Positions 37,658-46,807 are shown, counted from the stretch's first letter. The stretch: DNA of 64,000 nucleotides from an uncultured Ignavibacteriales bacterium (GCA_964571235.1 CAZNAI010000003.1:656700-720699), one strand, 5' to 3'. Notes: generated by a model not told the origin, from the letters alone. A program made the numbers and translations.

Positions 37658-37819
37658 CGTGTCTCCAGATTGGGGTCAGGTTCAGTTGGGCCAATCTATG
37701 GCCTCAAAGAACTTAGGTCAAACGGCGTCAGAATCGGGGCAGGAAGGAAGCCTACAGCCCACCGTGGCAGGGCCACGGCCGAGGGTCTTCGGCGCTTTGA
37801 AACGAGAGTCCGCCCATGT

Positions 37820-37993
37820 GCCACGATTTTCAAAAAGACAGTGTCCGGCGGCAAAATCCGTCAAACTCCGCTTTTGCGTATGAATAGTCCACAAACATGC
37901 GGACTGACGTTTTGTAAAAGTGCGGCTTCGTCTTGAATCCGCCGTCTCGGCTTTGTGAGTGGTGGTCGTCCTCAGCCACGACGATGATGGTGT
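37820..37993 (-). CDS. possible small ORF (57 aa), unverified
   Basis: ATG at 37993 preceded by TAAGGT. Translation: MLKYTIIVVAEDDHHSQSRDGGFKTKPHFYKTSVRMFVDYSYAKAEFDGFCRRTLSF. Below the ORF-track cutoff. Confidence 0.2.
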
Positions 37994-38364
37994 ACTTCAA
38001 CATGGCAAACCTTAAAGGGGACCGGAAGGAAGCTCGCCGCCCACAAAAACCAACTTGGTTGGCCCCTGTCTTTTAGTTCGACTGTTGAACTCTCCTGCGT
38101 ATATGATGTGCAATCCCCATATCTGGCCAACGGCCCAAAAACAGATGGCGTGCCCGATGAAACCCAAGAAATCCGCATAACTTATTGTCCTGCTAATTCT
38201 TAGCGTTGAAATGCCCTATTTTGTGCCTGAGATATTTATTTTGGCATCCGGTATGCAATTGTTACAGTCTGTAGCAAAGAACCACTGCGCCAGTCCCGAT
38301 ATAATAGGGTAGAGACCATACCCGACCTTTCCGGGATCGGACAGTTCGACCGAAGGAGATTGGT

Positions 38365-38505
38365 ATGGCCGACGAAAAGAGGAAGAAGGCATTGTTGCCA
38401 AAGAAGACGTATTGGCACTTGTACAGCCTGCAGAATCTGGAGTCGAGCAAACTGATTCAGGTGGTCAACAAGGTTCTCAAGCGCGAATACGTCCTCATCA
38501 AGTAA
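38365..38505 (+). CDS. small basic protein (46 aa), hypothetical
   Basis: The ATG lies 6 nt after GAAGGAG. Translation: MADEKRKKALLPKKTYWHLYSLQNLESSKLIQVVNKVLKREYVLIK. Below the ORF-track cutoff. Confidence 0.4.
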   Translation: MADEKRKKALLPKKTYWHLYSLQNLESSKLIQVVNKVLKREYVLIK

Positions 38506-38624
38506 AAACATTTTCACTTGACAGCCACAACCCCCCGGACTACCTTCGGGACTTGACCTGCCTGCCACGGGCGAGGGAATGCCGGAGCTATGCTCCATGT
38601 GTTTGTGGTTCAGGGATTTGAAGT

Positions 38625-39530
38625 ATGTTTAAGAAAAAAATTACCTTTTTAGTCATTCCGGATTCATCGGGAGTTTCCCGTCAACTACGGATCCCGGTGG
38701 CATTCTTTTACATAGCCGCCAGTATTGTGCTGTTCCTGGTTGTTTCCAGTTTGTTCTTTGGCGCCGAGTTCCTAAGCGCTCGGGTGTCGGATCTGGCACT
38801 GGCCCAGTACAAGCTTGAAAACGCCCGGTTACATGACAAGTTTGACCAATTCAGTGTTCGTCTAAATGAAGCGGAAACCCGGTACCGGAATCTGGTCCAA
38901 AAAGAAGTCGCGATCCGCAACCTGTTCAATCTTCCCGAAATCTCCACCGAAGAACGCCAGCTTGGTATCGGCGGTCCGGGGGGGTACGGACCGGTATTAT
39001 TGACCGAGTCCGACCGGCAGACCTTTTTGACCGAGGTCCAGCTCGACCAGCTATTGCGGCTTTCGGAATTCGAGGCTGAGCAGTTTGTCGAAGTCGAACG
39101 ATCAGTATCCAAGGTCAAAGAGAAACTCGACCATACGCCGTCGATCTGGCCGACCCAGGGATGGCTCTCTCGCGGATTCGGGCGGCAGTTTGATCCGTTT
39201 ACCGGCGAAGAAGAAATGCATTGCGGCCTGGATATCGCCAACCGCACCGGTACGCAAATCTATGCGCCGGCCGGTGGTCGGATAGTTGGCGCGGGACCGA
39301 TTATCGCCGGAATGGGGAATGCTATTGTTGTCGATCACGGATATGGACTCCAGACCCGCTACGGACACTTGTCCAAGGTGCTCGTGAAATCGGGCCAGCG
39401 AGTCAGTCGCGGCGATTTGCTGGGACTCATGGGTTCAACCGGCCACTCGACCGGCCCTCATCTGCACTACGAGGTATTCAAAGACGGTCGCGCGGTCGAC
39501 CCCAAGCAGTACATCCTAAACAAGATGTGA
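38625..39530 (+). CDS. M23 family metallopeptidase
   Basis: N-terminal TM and coiled coil. Catalytic HCGLDIA ... GSTGHSTGPHLHYEV. Confidence 0.88.
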   Translation: MFKKKITFLVIPDSSGVSRQLRIPVAFFYIAASIVLFLVVSSLFFGAEFLSARVSDLALAQYKLENARLHDKFDQFSVRLNEAETRYRNLVQKEVAIRNLFNLPEISTEERQLGIGGPGGYGPVLLTESDRQTFLTEVQLDQLLRLSEFEAEQFVEVERSVSKVKEKLDHTPSIWPTQGWLSRGFGRQFDPFTGEEEMHCGLDIANRTGTQIYAPAGGRIVGAGPIIAGMGNAIVVDHGYGLQTRYGHLSKVLVKSGQRVSRGDLLGLMGSTGHSTGPHLHYEVFKDGRAVDPKQYILNKM

Positions 39531-39536
39531 AATCCA

Positions 39537-39563
39537 AACCCCGCTTTCAGCGGGGTTTTTTTT
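39537..39563 (+). terminator. rho-independent terminator
   Basis: aaccccgc-tttca-gcggggtt followed by a T run. Confidence 0.85.
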
Positions 39564-39651
39564 CGCTGTTACTCTCCTCTTAATCAGTGAATATTCGAGT
39601 CTGAATTGTCCGAGAACCCTCAGGCTGGTTTCGGCGTTCTTTTGACTTACC

Positions 39652-41859
39652 ATGAGTAAAGAGACAACTGCCACTATTAAAGTCGACGGCATGCACTGCG
39701 CGTCGTGTGTCGGATCGGTCGAGCGCGGCGTGAGCGCACTGAATGGTGTGGCTCGTACCTCTGTCAATCTGGCGACCGGAACCGCGGCGGTGACTTTTGA
39801 TTCGACAGTTGTCTCAGGCGAGCGAATCATGGAGAAGATTCGCGAGATCGGATACGGCGCTCGTCCTGGGCGACCGGATTTGTTGGCGGCGTCGGCCGAA
39901 GAGACAAAGACAGCCGCACGACGAATGTGGTTGGGAATGTCACTGGCTTTGCCGCTGATGGTCATCGCAATGTGGCCGATGTTGGGCGGGGGGCATCAAC
40001 ACATTTTCAGTCCGACAATTGACGCTTTGGTTCAGGCGATGCTTGCGGCGGTAATTCTTATCGTAGCAGGAAAAGAAATCTTCGCCGATGCCGCCTTGCA
40101 GACCCGCCATCTGCGGGCCAACATGAATTCACTGATCGCCATGGGGACACTCGCCGCGTTTGGCTGGAGTGTTTACGCGATGGCGGCGCTTTCTGGCGGT
40201 CATGCGGAACTGTACTTTGATTCGGCGGGAATGATCGTTGCGCTGATTCTGGTTGGCAGATATTTGGAAGCGCGCTCAAAAGGAAGAGCAGGCGAGGCAA
40301 TCAGCGCGCTGATAAAATTGCAACCGTCAAAAGCAACTGCGCTCATCAACGGAGTTGAGATCGAAATTGATTCAGTGGCCTTGAGGCCGGGAATGCAGAT
40401 GCTTGTCCGGCCGGGAGAACGGATTCCGGCCGATGGAAAAATTGTCGACGGTGAGCCGGCTGTCGATGAATCAATGCTGACCGGTGAGTCTCTGCCGGTA
40501 GATAAAAAAGTTGGCCAGCAGGTTTTGGGAGGATCAATCAACGGCAACAGTGCCTTCCGGGCCGAAGTTACGGCGGTCGGTGAGGCAAGTTTTCTGGCGC
40601 ATGTGATTCGTCTGGTCACCGACGCCCAGTCGCGCAAAGCACCGGTGCAGAAATTGGCCGACAGGGTGGCGTCGGTGTTTGTCCCGGGGGTCATTGCAAT
40701 CGCAGGACTGACTTTAGTCGCGTGGCTCTGGCTGGCGCCGGGGAATCCGATGGCGATCAAGTCGGTGGTGGCTGTACTTATTATCGCCTGTCCCTGTGCG
40801 CTGGGTCTGGCGACTCCGACAGCGGTTCTGGCCGGAACGGGGCGAGCGGCAAAAGAAGGGATCGTTGTTCGCGGCGGCGATGTTCTCGAAAAACTGGCTG
40901 GTGTGACAGCAGTATTATTTGACAAGACCGGCACGCTTACGCAAGGCCGACCACAAGTAATTTCGGTGATATCCGCGAATGAACATTCACAAGACAAGTT
41001 GCTGCAAATCGCCGGATCGGCCGAGAGTCAATCCGAACATCCGATCGCGTTGGCGATCACGGCGGAAATGAAACGCCGGGGATTGCAGTCGATCGAAATC
41101 AACAGCGTCATCGCGCGACCGGGTCTTGGTTTGACTGCGCGATTCTCAGGTGGAGCGCTGACCATCGGATCGGAATCGTATTTACAATCAAAGGGCATCG
41201 ATCTGTCGATTCTGGCATCTGAAATCGCGAGAGAGAAATCTTTCGGGCATACTATGGTCGCTGTCGCTGTAGAAAACAGACTCATTGGTGTGATTGCGGT
41301 TGCCGATGCGATCAGGCCGGAATCAAGAAGTGTGATCAGTCGGCTGAGCCAGCAGTCATTCAAAGTTGTGATGGTGACAGGCGATAACGCGGGTACAGCG
41401 GGGCAGATTTCTAAATCGCTGGGTATTGAGAAAGTGGAATCCGACGTCAAGCCGGCGGAGAAACAAGAAATCGTAAACAAATATCGAGCAGACCGACATA
41501 TTGTCGCGATGGTCGGTGACGGGATCAACGACGCCCCGGCGCTGGCGGCCGCCGATGTCGGGATTGCGATGGGGTCGGGAACAGATGTCGCGATTGAGTC
41601 GGCCGACGCAGTCTTGATCGCGCCGAATCTGGAACGGTTGGTTACACTCTTTGCGCTGTCCAAACGGACACTGAGAGTCATCCGCCAAAATCTGTTCTGG
41701 GCGTTTGCGTATAACGTGATTGCCATTCCCGTTGCCGCCGGTGCTCTGTATCCGGCCTTTGGCGTTACGCTCTCGCCGATGATCGCGGCACTGGCTATGA
41801 GTTTGAGTTCGGTCTTTGTGGTGACCAACGCGCTCAGGTTGAACCGGGTGAAGTTGTGA
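39652..41859 (+). CDS. copA: copper-translocating P1B-type ATPase
   Basis: 735 aa. N-terminal HMA domain [13 protein letters not shown] motif, DKTGTLT and GDGINDAP. Confidence 0.9.
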   Translation: MSKETTATIKVDGMHCASCVGSVERGVSALNGVARTSVNLATGTAAVTFDSTVVSGERIMEKIREIGYGARPGRPDLLAASAEETKTAARRMWLGMSLALPLMVIAMWPMLGGGHQHIFSPTIDALVQAMLAAVILIVAGKEIFADAALQTRHLRANMNSLIAMGTLAAFGWSVYAMAALSGGHAELYFDSAGMIVALILVGRYLEARSKGRAGEAISALIKLQPSKATALINGVEIEIDSVALRPGMQMLVRPGERIPADGKIVDGEPAVDESMLTGESLPVDKKVGQQVLGGSINGNSAFRAEVTAVGEASFLAHVIRLVTDAQSRKAPVQKLADRVASVFVPGVIAIAGLTLVAWLWLAPGNPMAIKSVVAVLIIACPCALGLATPTAVLAGTGRAAKEGIVVRGGDVLEKLAGVTAVLFDKTGTLTQGRPQVISVISANEHSQDKLLQIAGSAESQSEHPIALAITAEMKRRGLQSIEINSVIARPGLGLTARFSGGALTIGSESYLQSKGIDLSILASEIAREKSFGHTMVAVAVENRLIGVIAVADAIRPESRSVISRLSQQSFKVVMVTGDNAGTAGQISKSLGIEKVESDVKPAEKQEIVNKYRADRHIVAMVGDGINDAPALAAADVGIAMGSGTDVAIESADAVLIAPNLERLVTLFALSKRTLRVIRQNLFWAFAYNVIAIPVAAGALYPAFGVTLSPMIAALAMSLSSVFVVTNALRLNRVKL

Positions 41860-41879
41860 AGAGGATATTGAGCTCTGTT

Positions 41880-41942
41880 GTAGGTCGAAATCCCTTGCCG
41901 CGACAGCGGTCCCGCCAACGGCGGGATGTTTCGACATCTTCC
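41880..41942 (+). repeat. GTAG-type REP-like element (family D, long form)
   Basis: GTAGGTCGAAATCCCTTG ... TGTTTCGACATCTTC. Its termini match the element at 3019-3087, but the inner hairpins differ. Confidence 0.75.
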
Positions 41943-41948
41943 TCAATT

Positions 41949-41998
41949 TCAAATTGACTTCATGTCCAAACTGACTTCATGTCAAAATTGACTTCAGG
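41949..41998 (+). repeat. 17-nt tandem repeat x3
   Basis: tcaaattgacttcatg / tccaaactgacttcatg / tcaaaattgacttcagg. Confidence 0.8.
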
Positions 41999-42017
41999 CT
42001 GAGCCTGTCGAAGCCAC

Positions 42018-42320
42018 GTAGGTCGGGTTGCCAGCCCCGTTTACGGGGCGCAGCTACCCGACAATGTCGCGAGGCAAAGCATAGTAGGTCGGGTTGGCAA
42101 GTTACCCGCGTGAGCGGGGAACGCAGGCTACCCGACACTTTCTAAAACCGCAGATGTCGGGTAGACAAATCGTGTCGTCTCCGACGATTCGATTTGCCAA
42201 CCCGACCAACGAAGACTCGTCGTGGTGTCGGGCGTCCTCACCCGACACCGATTGCGGTCAGGTGGGGACGCCTGACCGCACGATATCGAATACGGCAGGA
42301 GCACAGGGCTCCTGCCCTAC
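42018..42320. repeat. BIME-like cluster of at least six REP-type hairpin units
   Basis: Family C units at 42018-42063, 42084-42137 and 42153-42210 (inverted). Short hairpin at 42224-42249. Family A hairpin at 42255-42279. GTAGGGCAGGAGCC hairpin at 42294-42320 (minus strand). Confidence 0.8.
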
Positions 42321-42370
42321 GTCAATCTTTGTAGCTTGCGCTATGACCGGCCTTCGCAAGATATTCTCCC

Positions 42371-43348
42371 ATGCCGCATAAGCTCTCTTCGCGCAAAGCG
42401 CTCTACCTATTCACGTTTCTGGTGATCTTTCTTTTGGCCGAAGCAGTCTGGTGGGTGATTTTTATGGCCCAACTGGTTGGCGAAAAAGAGCGGATGGCCC
42501 AGGAGCTGAAGGCCACGCCCGAATATGTCGAGCAAATGCACAAAGAGGAAATTCGCCGGCAAATAATGGTCGGATTCGAGGGGTCGTTTTTCATTTTGGT
42601 TTTCGCCGCGGGGGTCTGGCTGATGTACCGGGCAGTCGTTCGCACCGAAGAACTCAAATATCACCAGCAGAATTTCCTGATGGCGGTCACACACGAGCTG
42701 AAAACTCCCTTGGCCTCAATGCGCATCTATATGGACACGCTCCAATCGCCCAAGATTCCACCCGAGAAAAAGGCCGAGATTATTCCGCGCCTGAAAGAAG
42801 ATGCCGCACGGCTTGAAAAACTGGTGCAGAATATTCTGGAGGCGGGAAAATTCGAGCGGCATGGGTATCATCTGAATATCGAAGAGACCGATTTGAGCAA
42901 GCTGGTTCGTGAGCGGGCGATTGTGCTCGACCGGATACCGACTGAAATCCCCAAGAAAGTAACATCGCAGATTGCCGAGGGAATTTCTATTCAGGCGGAC
43001 GCCTCCGCGCTCGGTCGAGCGATTGATACCATACTCGAAAACTCACTCCAGTACCACGACGGAAAGCAGATCGTAGTAGATGTCAAACTGGAACGTGACG
43101 GCGCCAAGGCGCGGCTTGAGATTTCCGATCAGGGAATTGGCGTAGAGAAGAAGGAAATTGGAAAAATATTCGACCGGTTCTACCGCGTTGGCGATGAAAT
43201 GACACACAAGACCTCGGGGACAGGTCTCGGCCTCTATTTGTGTCGCGAGATCATTCAGGCCCACGGCGGCAAGGTGACCGCGCATTCGGGTGGAGCGGGG
43301 AAGGGAACCAAATTTGTAGTGACGATGAAAGTGAATGGGAACGGATGA
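42371..43348 (+). CDS. sensor histidine kinase
   Basis: 325 aa, 2 TM segments. H-box FLMAVTHELKTPL. ATPase G-boxes DQGIGV and GTGLGL. Confidence 0.88.
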   Translation: MPHKLSSRKALYLFTFLVIFLLAEAVWWVIFMAQLVGEKERMAQELKATPEYVEQMHKEEIRRQIMVGFEGSFFILVFAAGVWLMYRAVVRTEELKYHQQNFLMAVTHELKTPLASMRIYMDTLQSPKIPPEKKAEIIPRLKEDAARLEKLVQNILEAGKFERHGYHLNIEETDLSKLVRERAIVLDRIPTEIPKKVTSQIAEGISIQADASALGRAIDTILENSLQYHDGKQIVVDVKLERDGAKARLEISDQGIGVEKKEIGKIFDRFYRVGDEMTHKTSGTGLGLYLCREIIQAHGGKVTAHSGGAGKGTKFVVTMKVNGNG

Positions 43349-44052
43349 AGACAGTATTGTTGGTTGAAGATGATAAGAACTTGGCGCAGGGACTGGTCAT
43401 GAATCTTGAGGCCGAGGGGTATCAGGTGGTGCATGTCGCCGACGGCCTCTTGGCATTCGATACCTGCCGCAAAGGGAATTTCGATATGGTCCTTTTGGAT
43501 ATCCAACTCCCCGGCAAGGACGGCCTCACCATTTGCAAAGAGCTTCGCCAGCATGGATACACTCTCCCTATTCTATTTTTGACCGCGCGTGATGAGACCG
43601 AGCAAAAAGTCGAAGGGCTCTTGGCCGGCGGCGATGATTATATCACCAAGCCGTTTGATATGCAGGAATTGCTGGCGCGGATGCAGGGCGTCTTTCGCCG
43701 CGCGGCCTGGCTGGCAACTGATGAAACGCTTAGCGGATCGTATGAATGGGCGGGGCGGAAGATCGATTTTAGGACATTTCAGGCGACCGGCCCCGAGGGG
43801 ACATTTGAACTGACGCGCAAAGAGTGTATGGTGGTCAAGTATCTGGTCGAGCGGGAGGGAGAAGTGGTTAGCCGCGACCAACTGCTCGACGCAGTCTGGG
43901 GGTATCATATTTATCCGACCAACCGGACAATCGACAATTTCATTTTGCGCCTTCGCAAGATTTTCGAGGACGACCAGAAAAATCCAAAGTACTTCGAGAC
44001 AATCAGGGGCGTGGGGTATCGTTTTTCCGCGGAGGGCAAGGCGAGAGAGTGA
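43345..44052 (+). CDS. OmpR/PhoB-family response regulator
   Basis: The ATG at 43345 overlaps the kinase stop (ATGA). Receiver domain MKTVLLVEDD...DMVLLDIQLPG. Winged-helix C-terminus ...IRGVGYRF. Confidence 0.9.
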   Translation: MKTVLLVEDDKNLAQGLVMNLEAEGYQVVHVADGLLAFDTCRKGNFDMVLLDIQLPGKDGLTICKELRQHGYTLPILFLTARDETEQKVEGLLAGGDDYITKPFDMQELLARMQGVFRRAAWLATDETLSGSYEWAGRKIDFRTFQATGPEGTFELTRKECMVVKYLVEREGEVVSRDQLLDAVWGYHIYPTNRTIDNFILRLRKIFEDDQKNPKYFETIRGVGYRFSAEGKARE

Positions 44053-44098
44053 CAATTCGTGCCGTCGGGTGCCCTCACCTGGCGGCTTGTTTCTCTTC

Positions 44099-44127
44099 GT
44101 AGGTCAATCTCGTCTTCGAGGTTGACG
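44099..44127 (+). repeat. GTAG-plus-palindrome REP-like hairpin between convergent genes
   Basis: GTAGGTCAAtCTCGtcttCGAGgTTGACg. Confidence 0.55.
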
Positions 44128-44131
44128 ATAG

Positions 44132-44869
44132 TCAGGTAATCCTCGACCAATAAACTGCGAAGAGCGTCAGGAGGGCGGCGGCGATGACGGTAAACCAGAT
44201 GAAGAACTCAGTCAACCGGCGGATATGGCCCGGGCCTTTGTACATGAGTGTGCGGAAGCCAAGAACACCGTCGAGAAGCATGTATGCCCCGAGCGCTAAC
44301 AGCACCGGAAGCGGGTTGAGGGTGCGGCAAGTGACATAGACAAGCCCTCGCGTGCCGATGTGGGTTGCCAAAGCGGCGATTCGCTCAATGATGCCCGATA
44401 TCCCCTCCCAGAAAAATCGCTGACCGCCCGGAAGTGTAGCAATAGTCGCCTCCAATGCGTTCGCCCCTTCCTCGAGTACCGTCCCCTTCAGAAGATTTGG
44501 CGTGGTTGCGACTACCCAGGCCTCAATCGCGCCGATGCCAGTGCCGAATGCGATCAATTGCCAGAGTGTCAGATCACGCAGAAAGATAAAGAAGACAACC
44601 GCCAATCCTAACTCGGTGATGCCGGAGATCAGGCCGTTTAACAAGGCGGATTTTTGTGTTGCGAGGGTTTCTCTTGGGAGGCGTTTCATCACGAGGGTGT
44701 GAAGGAGCATCTTGAGCATCACGCCGAATCCCCAGGAGCCGGAGCCCAGAATAAAATATTTCAGACGGACGTCGTGGGCGAAGTAGACGTACGCAACCGC
44801 GGCGGCACCGACCGCGATGCACCCGGCCTTGGCAATCGTCTCGTTGCGCTTGGTTATGGCATCGGACAT
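44132..44869 (-). CDS. polytopic membrane protein (possibly YhfC-like)
   Basis: ORF 44132..44929; the likely start is MSDAITK at 44869. About 7 TM segments. IIERIAALATH resembles intramembrane protease E/H motifs, but the family call is weak. Confidence 0.55.
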   Translation of the reverse strand: MSDAITKRNETIAKAGCIAVGAAAVAYVYFAHDVRLKYFILGSGSWGFGVMLKMLLHTLVMKRLPRETLATQKSALLNGLISGITELGLAVVFFIFLRDLTLWQLIAFGTGIGAIEAWVVATTPNLLKGTVLEEGANALEATIATLPGGQRFFWEGISGIIERIAALATHIGTRGLVYVTCRTLNPLPVLLALGAYMLLDGVLGFRTLMYKGPGHIRRLTEFFIWFTVIAAALLTLFAVYWSRIT

Positions 44870-44932
44870 GATGTGGATAGGATAGGGGATTATTTGAGAT
44901 CGGGCAAGGGGCAGAGAGTCCCGATACAAGGT

Positions 44933-45000
44933 GGCGTCCTGCGTCTCGCGTGACGCGCTTTGCAGGATACAAACGTGTCAGCCGGGGCGTCTGACGCGAC
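44933..45000. repeat. composite hairpin repeat (module B then an A-like module)
   Basis: ggcgtcctgcgtctcgcgtgacgcgctttgc then gtgtcagccggggcgtctgacgcgac. Paralogous to 829-896. Confidence 0.75.
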
Positions 45001-45044
45001 GTTGGAACTTTGCGTCATCTCCTCATGAGACGTATCTTCCCCCC

Positions 45045-45740
45045 ATGCTCACGCTCATCCTCGGCCTTGGCAATATCGGTAAGAAGTACGACAAGACGCG
45101 GCACAATCTCGGGTTTGAGGTTGTCGATCGGGTGGTGGAGAAGTTGGGGGCAGTGCGGCAGGAGGATGGGGAGTGTTATCAGTGGTGGAAGGGGGAGGTG
45201 GAGAGCCAAGACGAGGAGGGATTGCTTCGTCGCGCCGTCCTTCGACAGGCTCAGGATGACGGCGCTCCTCGCAATGACCAGCCAGATGGCTGGACCGAGG
45301 GGCTTCGCCGCTCACGATCTGTCTACTTTGCAAAACCCACCACCTATATGAATGGGTCGGGGGAGGCGGCGAAAGAGCTCATGGAGCAGTTGGGAATCAC
45401 GCCCGCTGAAATACTTGTGATCGTCGACGACTTTCAGATCCCGCTTGGCGCTGTCAGGTTTCGGCCGAATGGCTCGGATGGTGGCCACAATGGCCTCGTG
45501 TCGGTCATCGAAGAGCTTGGGACGCAAGCGTTTCCACGACTTCGGCTGGGGATCGGATTACCCCAAGACAAGGCCCAGGTAATCGATTATGTCCTCACTA
45601 AGTTCAACGCTGACGAAAAGCCCACCGTCGAGAAGATGCTTGCCATTGCCGGCGAAGGAGTTATATTTGCCCTCCAACATCGCCTGGAAAAGGTGATGTC
45701 GAAATACAACTTTAACCCTGCTCCACCGGACCTCGCTTGA
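45045..45740 (+). CDS. pth: peptidyl-tRNA hydrolase carrying an in-frame repeat-derived insertion
   Basis: MLTLILGLGNIGKKYDKTRHNLGF ... KPTTYMNGSGEA ... DGGHNGL. About 32 extra codons at 45219-45312 match the intergenic repeat modules. Confidence 0.85.
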   Translation: MLTLILGLGNIGKKYDKTRHNLGFEVVDRVVEKLGAVRQEDGECYQWWKGEVESQDEEGLLRRAVLRQAQDDGAPRNDQPDGWTEGLRRSRSVYFAKPTTYMNGSGEAAKELMEQLGITPAEILVIVDDFQIPLGAVRFRPNGSDGGHNGLVSVIEELGTQAFPRLRLGIGLPQDKAQVIDYVLTKFNADEKPTVEKMLAIAGEGVIFALQHRLEKVMSKYNFNPAPPDLA

Positions 45741-45827
45741 GGTGTGCGGTGGGGCCGTTAACCGGGTGAAGAGGTGACATTGTCACCCTCGCACCTATAA
45801 CCGTAACGTCCGTAGGGAGGAAGTGCA

Positions 45828-46313
45828 GTGAAACTGTACGAGACCTGCTTTATTGTCAATCCCCAGACCGACGAGTCCGCTATCGAGAAAACCGTCAAGT
45901 CGGTGGTCGATCTGATCACCAATCGCGGCGGGAAGATCGTGGTCGACGACCGCATGGGAACCCGTCGCATGATGTACCCAGTCGACGGTCTCACTCAGGG
46001 GTACTACACCAGTTTGATTTACGAAGCTCCGCCGACAGTGAACTCCGAACTTGAGCGTCACTATCGACTGGACGAATCGTTCATCCGGCACATCACTATT
46101 CTGTATGAAGGTGATCCGGAACAAGTACGCGCGGCGCGTGAACTTCTGCAACAGTCGATGGATCGTGCCGATCAGGCGGCGGCGGAAGCGCGTCGTGAAG
46201 CACGCGAAAATCGTGACGGCGGCGGTGGATTCCGTGGCGGTCGCGGTGGCGGAAGATTCCGCGACGACGATGATTATCGTCCGCGCGGGGGTGGAAGAGG
46301 CAGACACGACTAG
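45828..46313 (+). CDS. rpsF: 30S ribosomal protein S6 with RGG-rich C-terminal tail
   Basis: GTG start. MKLYETCFIVNPQ... is S6-like. The tail reads ...RDGGGGFRGGRGGGRFRDDDDYRPRGGGRGRHD. Confidence 0.88.
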   Translation: MKLYETCFIVNPQTDESAIEKTVKSVVDLITNRGGKIVVDDRMGTRRMMYPVDGLTQGYYTSLIYEAPPTVNSELERHYRLDESFIRHITILYEGDPEQVRAARELLQQSMDRADQAAAEARREARENRDGGGGFRGGRGGGRFRDDDDYRPRGGGRGRHD

Positions 46314-46372
46314 TTCGTTGAATCGCGTCTCGACTACGCTCGACGCGTCGCACCCATGATGGTGTATGGAAT

Positions 46373-46410
46373 GAAGATGTCGAAACCGCAGGGGTTTCGA
46401 CCTACAGAAG
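46373..46410 (-). repeat. family D REP (short form)
   Basis: gaagatgtcgaaaccgcaggggtttcgacctacagaag. Further copies at 57966 and 58442. Confidence 0.75.
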
Positions 46411-46423
46411 ACAAAGAGTGAAA

Positions 46424-46545
46424 GTAGGTCGGGTTCTGAGAGAGTTCGCCGTGGCGAACGAGCGAAAAACCCGACATCGATGTGATTGAAAAATTAGTGT
46501 CGGGTTTCTTGTCCCGCCAAAGCGGGACGACGGAACCCGACCTAC
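46424..46545. repeat. REPIN-like inverted doublet of family C REPs
   Basis: GTAGGTCGGGTTC...AAAACCCGACATC followed by GTGTCGGGTTTC...GGAACCCGACCTAC. Confidence 0.8.
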
Positions 46546-46570
46546 GAAGAGAGAAAATCAGGAGTTTGAA

Positions 46571-46807
46571 ATGGCTGAGTTCATAGAGAAGAAACGGCGC
46601 AAACTGTGCCGCTTTTGCGAAAATAAGATCCAATATCTCGATTTCAAGGATGAGCGCTTACTGCGTCGGTTTATGACCGAGCGCGGCAAAATTGTGCCGC
46701 GTCGCATTTCCGGCAACTGCGCGACCCATCAGCGGAAACTGACTGCGGCGATTAAGCGGGGACGTCATATGGCGATCCTGCCGTTTGCGTCGGAGTCGTT
46801 CCGGTAA
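46571..46807 (+). CDS. rpsR: 30S ribosomal protein S18
   Basis: 78 aa: ...[45 protein letters not shown]... Confidence 0.92.
   Translation: MAEFIEKKRRKLCRFCENKIQYLDFKDERLLRRFMTERGKIVPRRISGNCATHQRKLTAAIKRGRHMAILPFASESFR

Noticed and set aside
38005-38040. Possible SRP (4.5S) RNA, because of CCGGAAGGAAGC, a 12-nt match to the conserved domain IV sequence. A second GGAAGGAAGC lies at 37731.
   Set aside because: The flanks do not fit. The conserved GUCAGGUCC 5' side is absent. The residue that should pair across the GGAA tetraloop is A opposite A. No closing helix or 5'/3' pairing can be drawn.
37700-38300. tmRNA or RNase P RNA in the ORF-free gap.
   Set aside because: I found none of the expected signatures on either strand. 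Missing are GGGG...UUCGAC at the 5' end, a T-arm/ACCA 3' end, a tag ORF ending in ALAA-like residues, GAGGAAAGUCC and ACAGAACCCGGCUUA.
40200-41952. Minus-strand ORFs of 265, 296 and 198 aa.
   Set aside because: They are antisense to copA, which carries all the P-type ATPase motifs. No motifs were recognised in the antisense translations.
42094-42381. 95-aa ORF upstream of the histidine kinase.
   Set aside because: It is composed almost entirely of REP hairpin units.
45771-45785. Palindrome GGTGACAtTGTCACC upstream of rpsF as a regulatory operator or S6:S18 leader motif.
   Set aside because: It is a single occurrence with no supporting promoter elements and no structure I can tie to the known rpsF leader. 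It is noted only as a palindrome.
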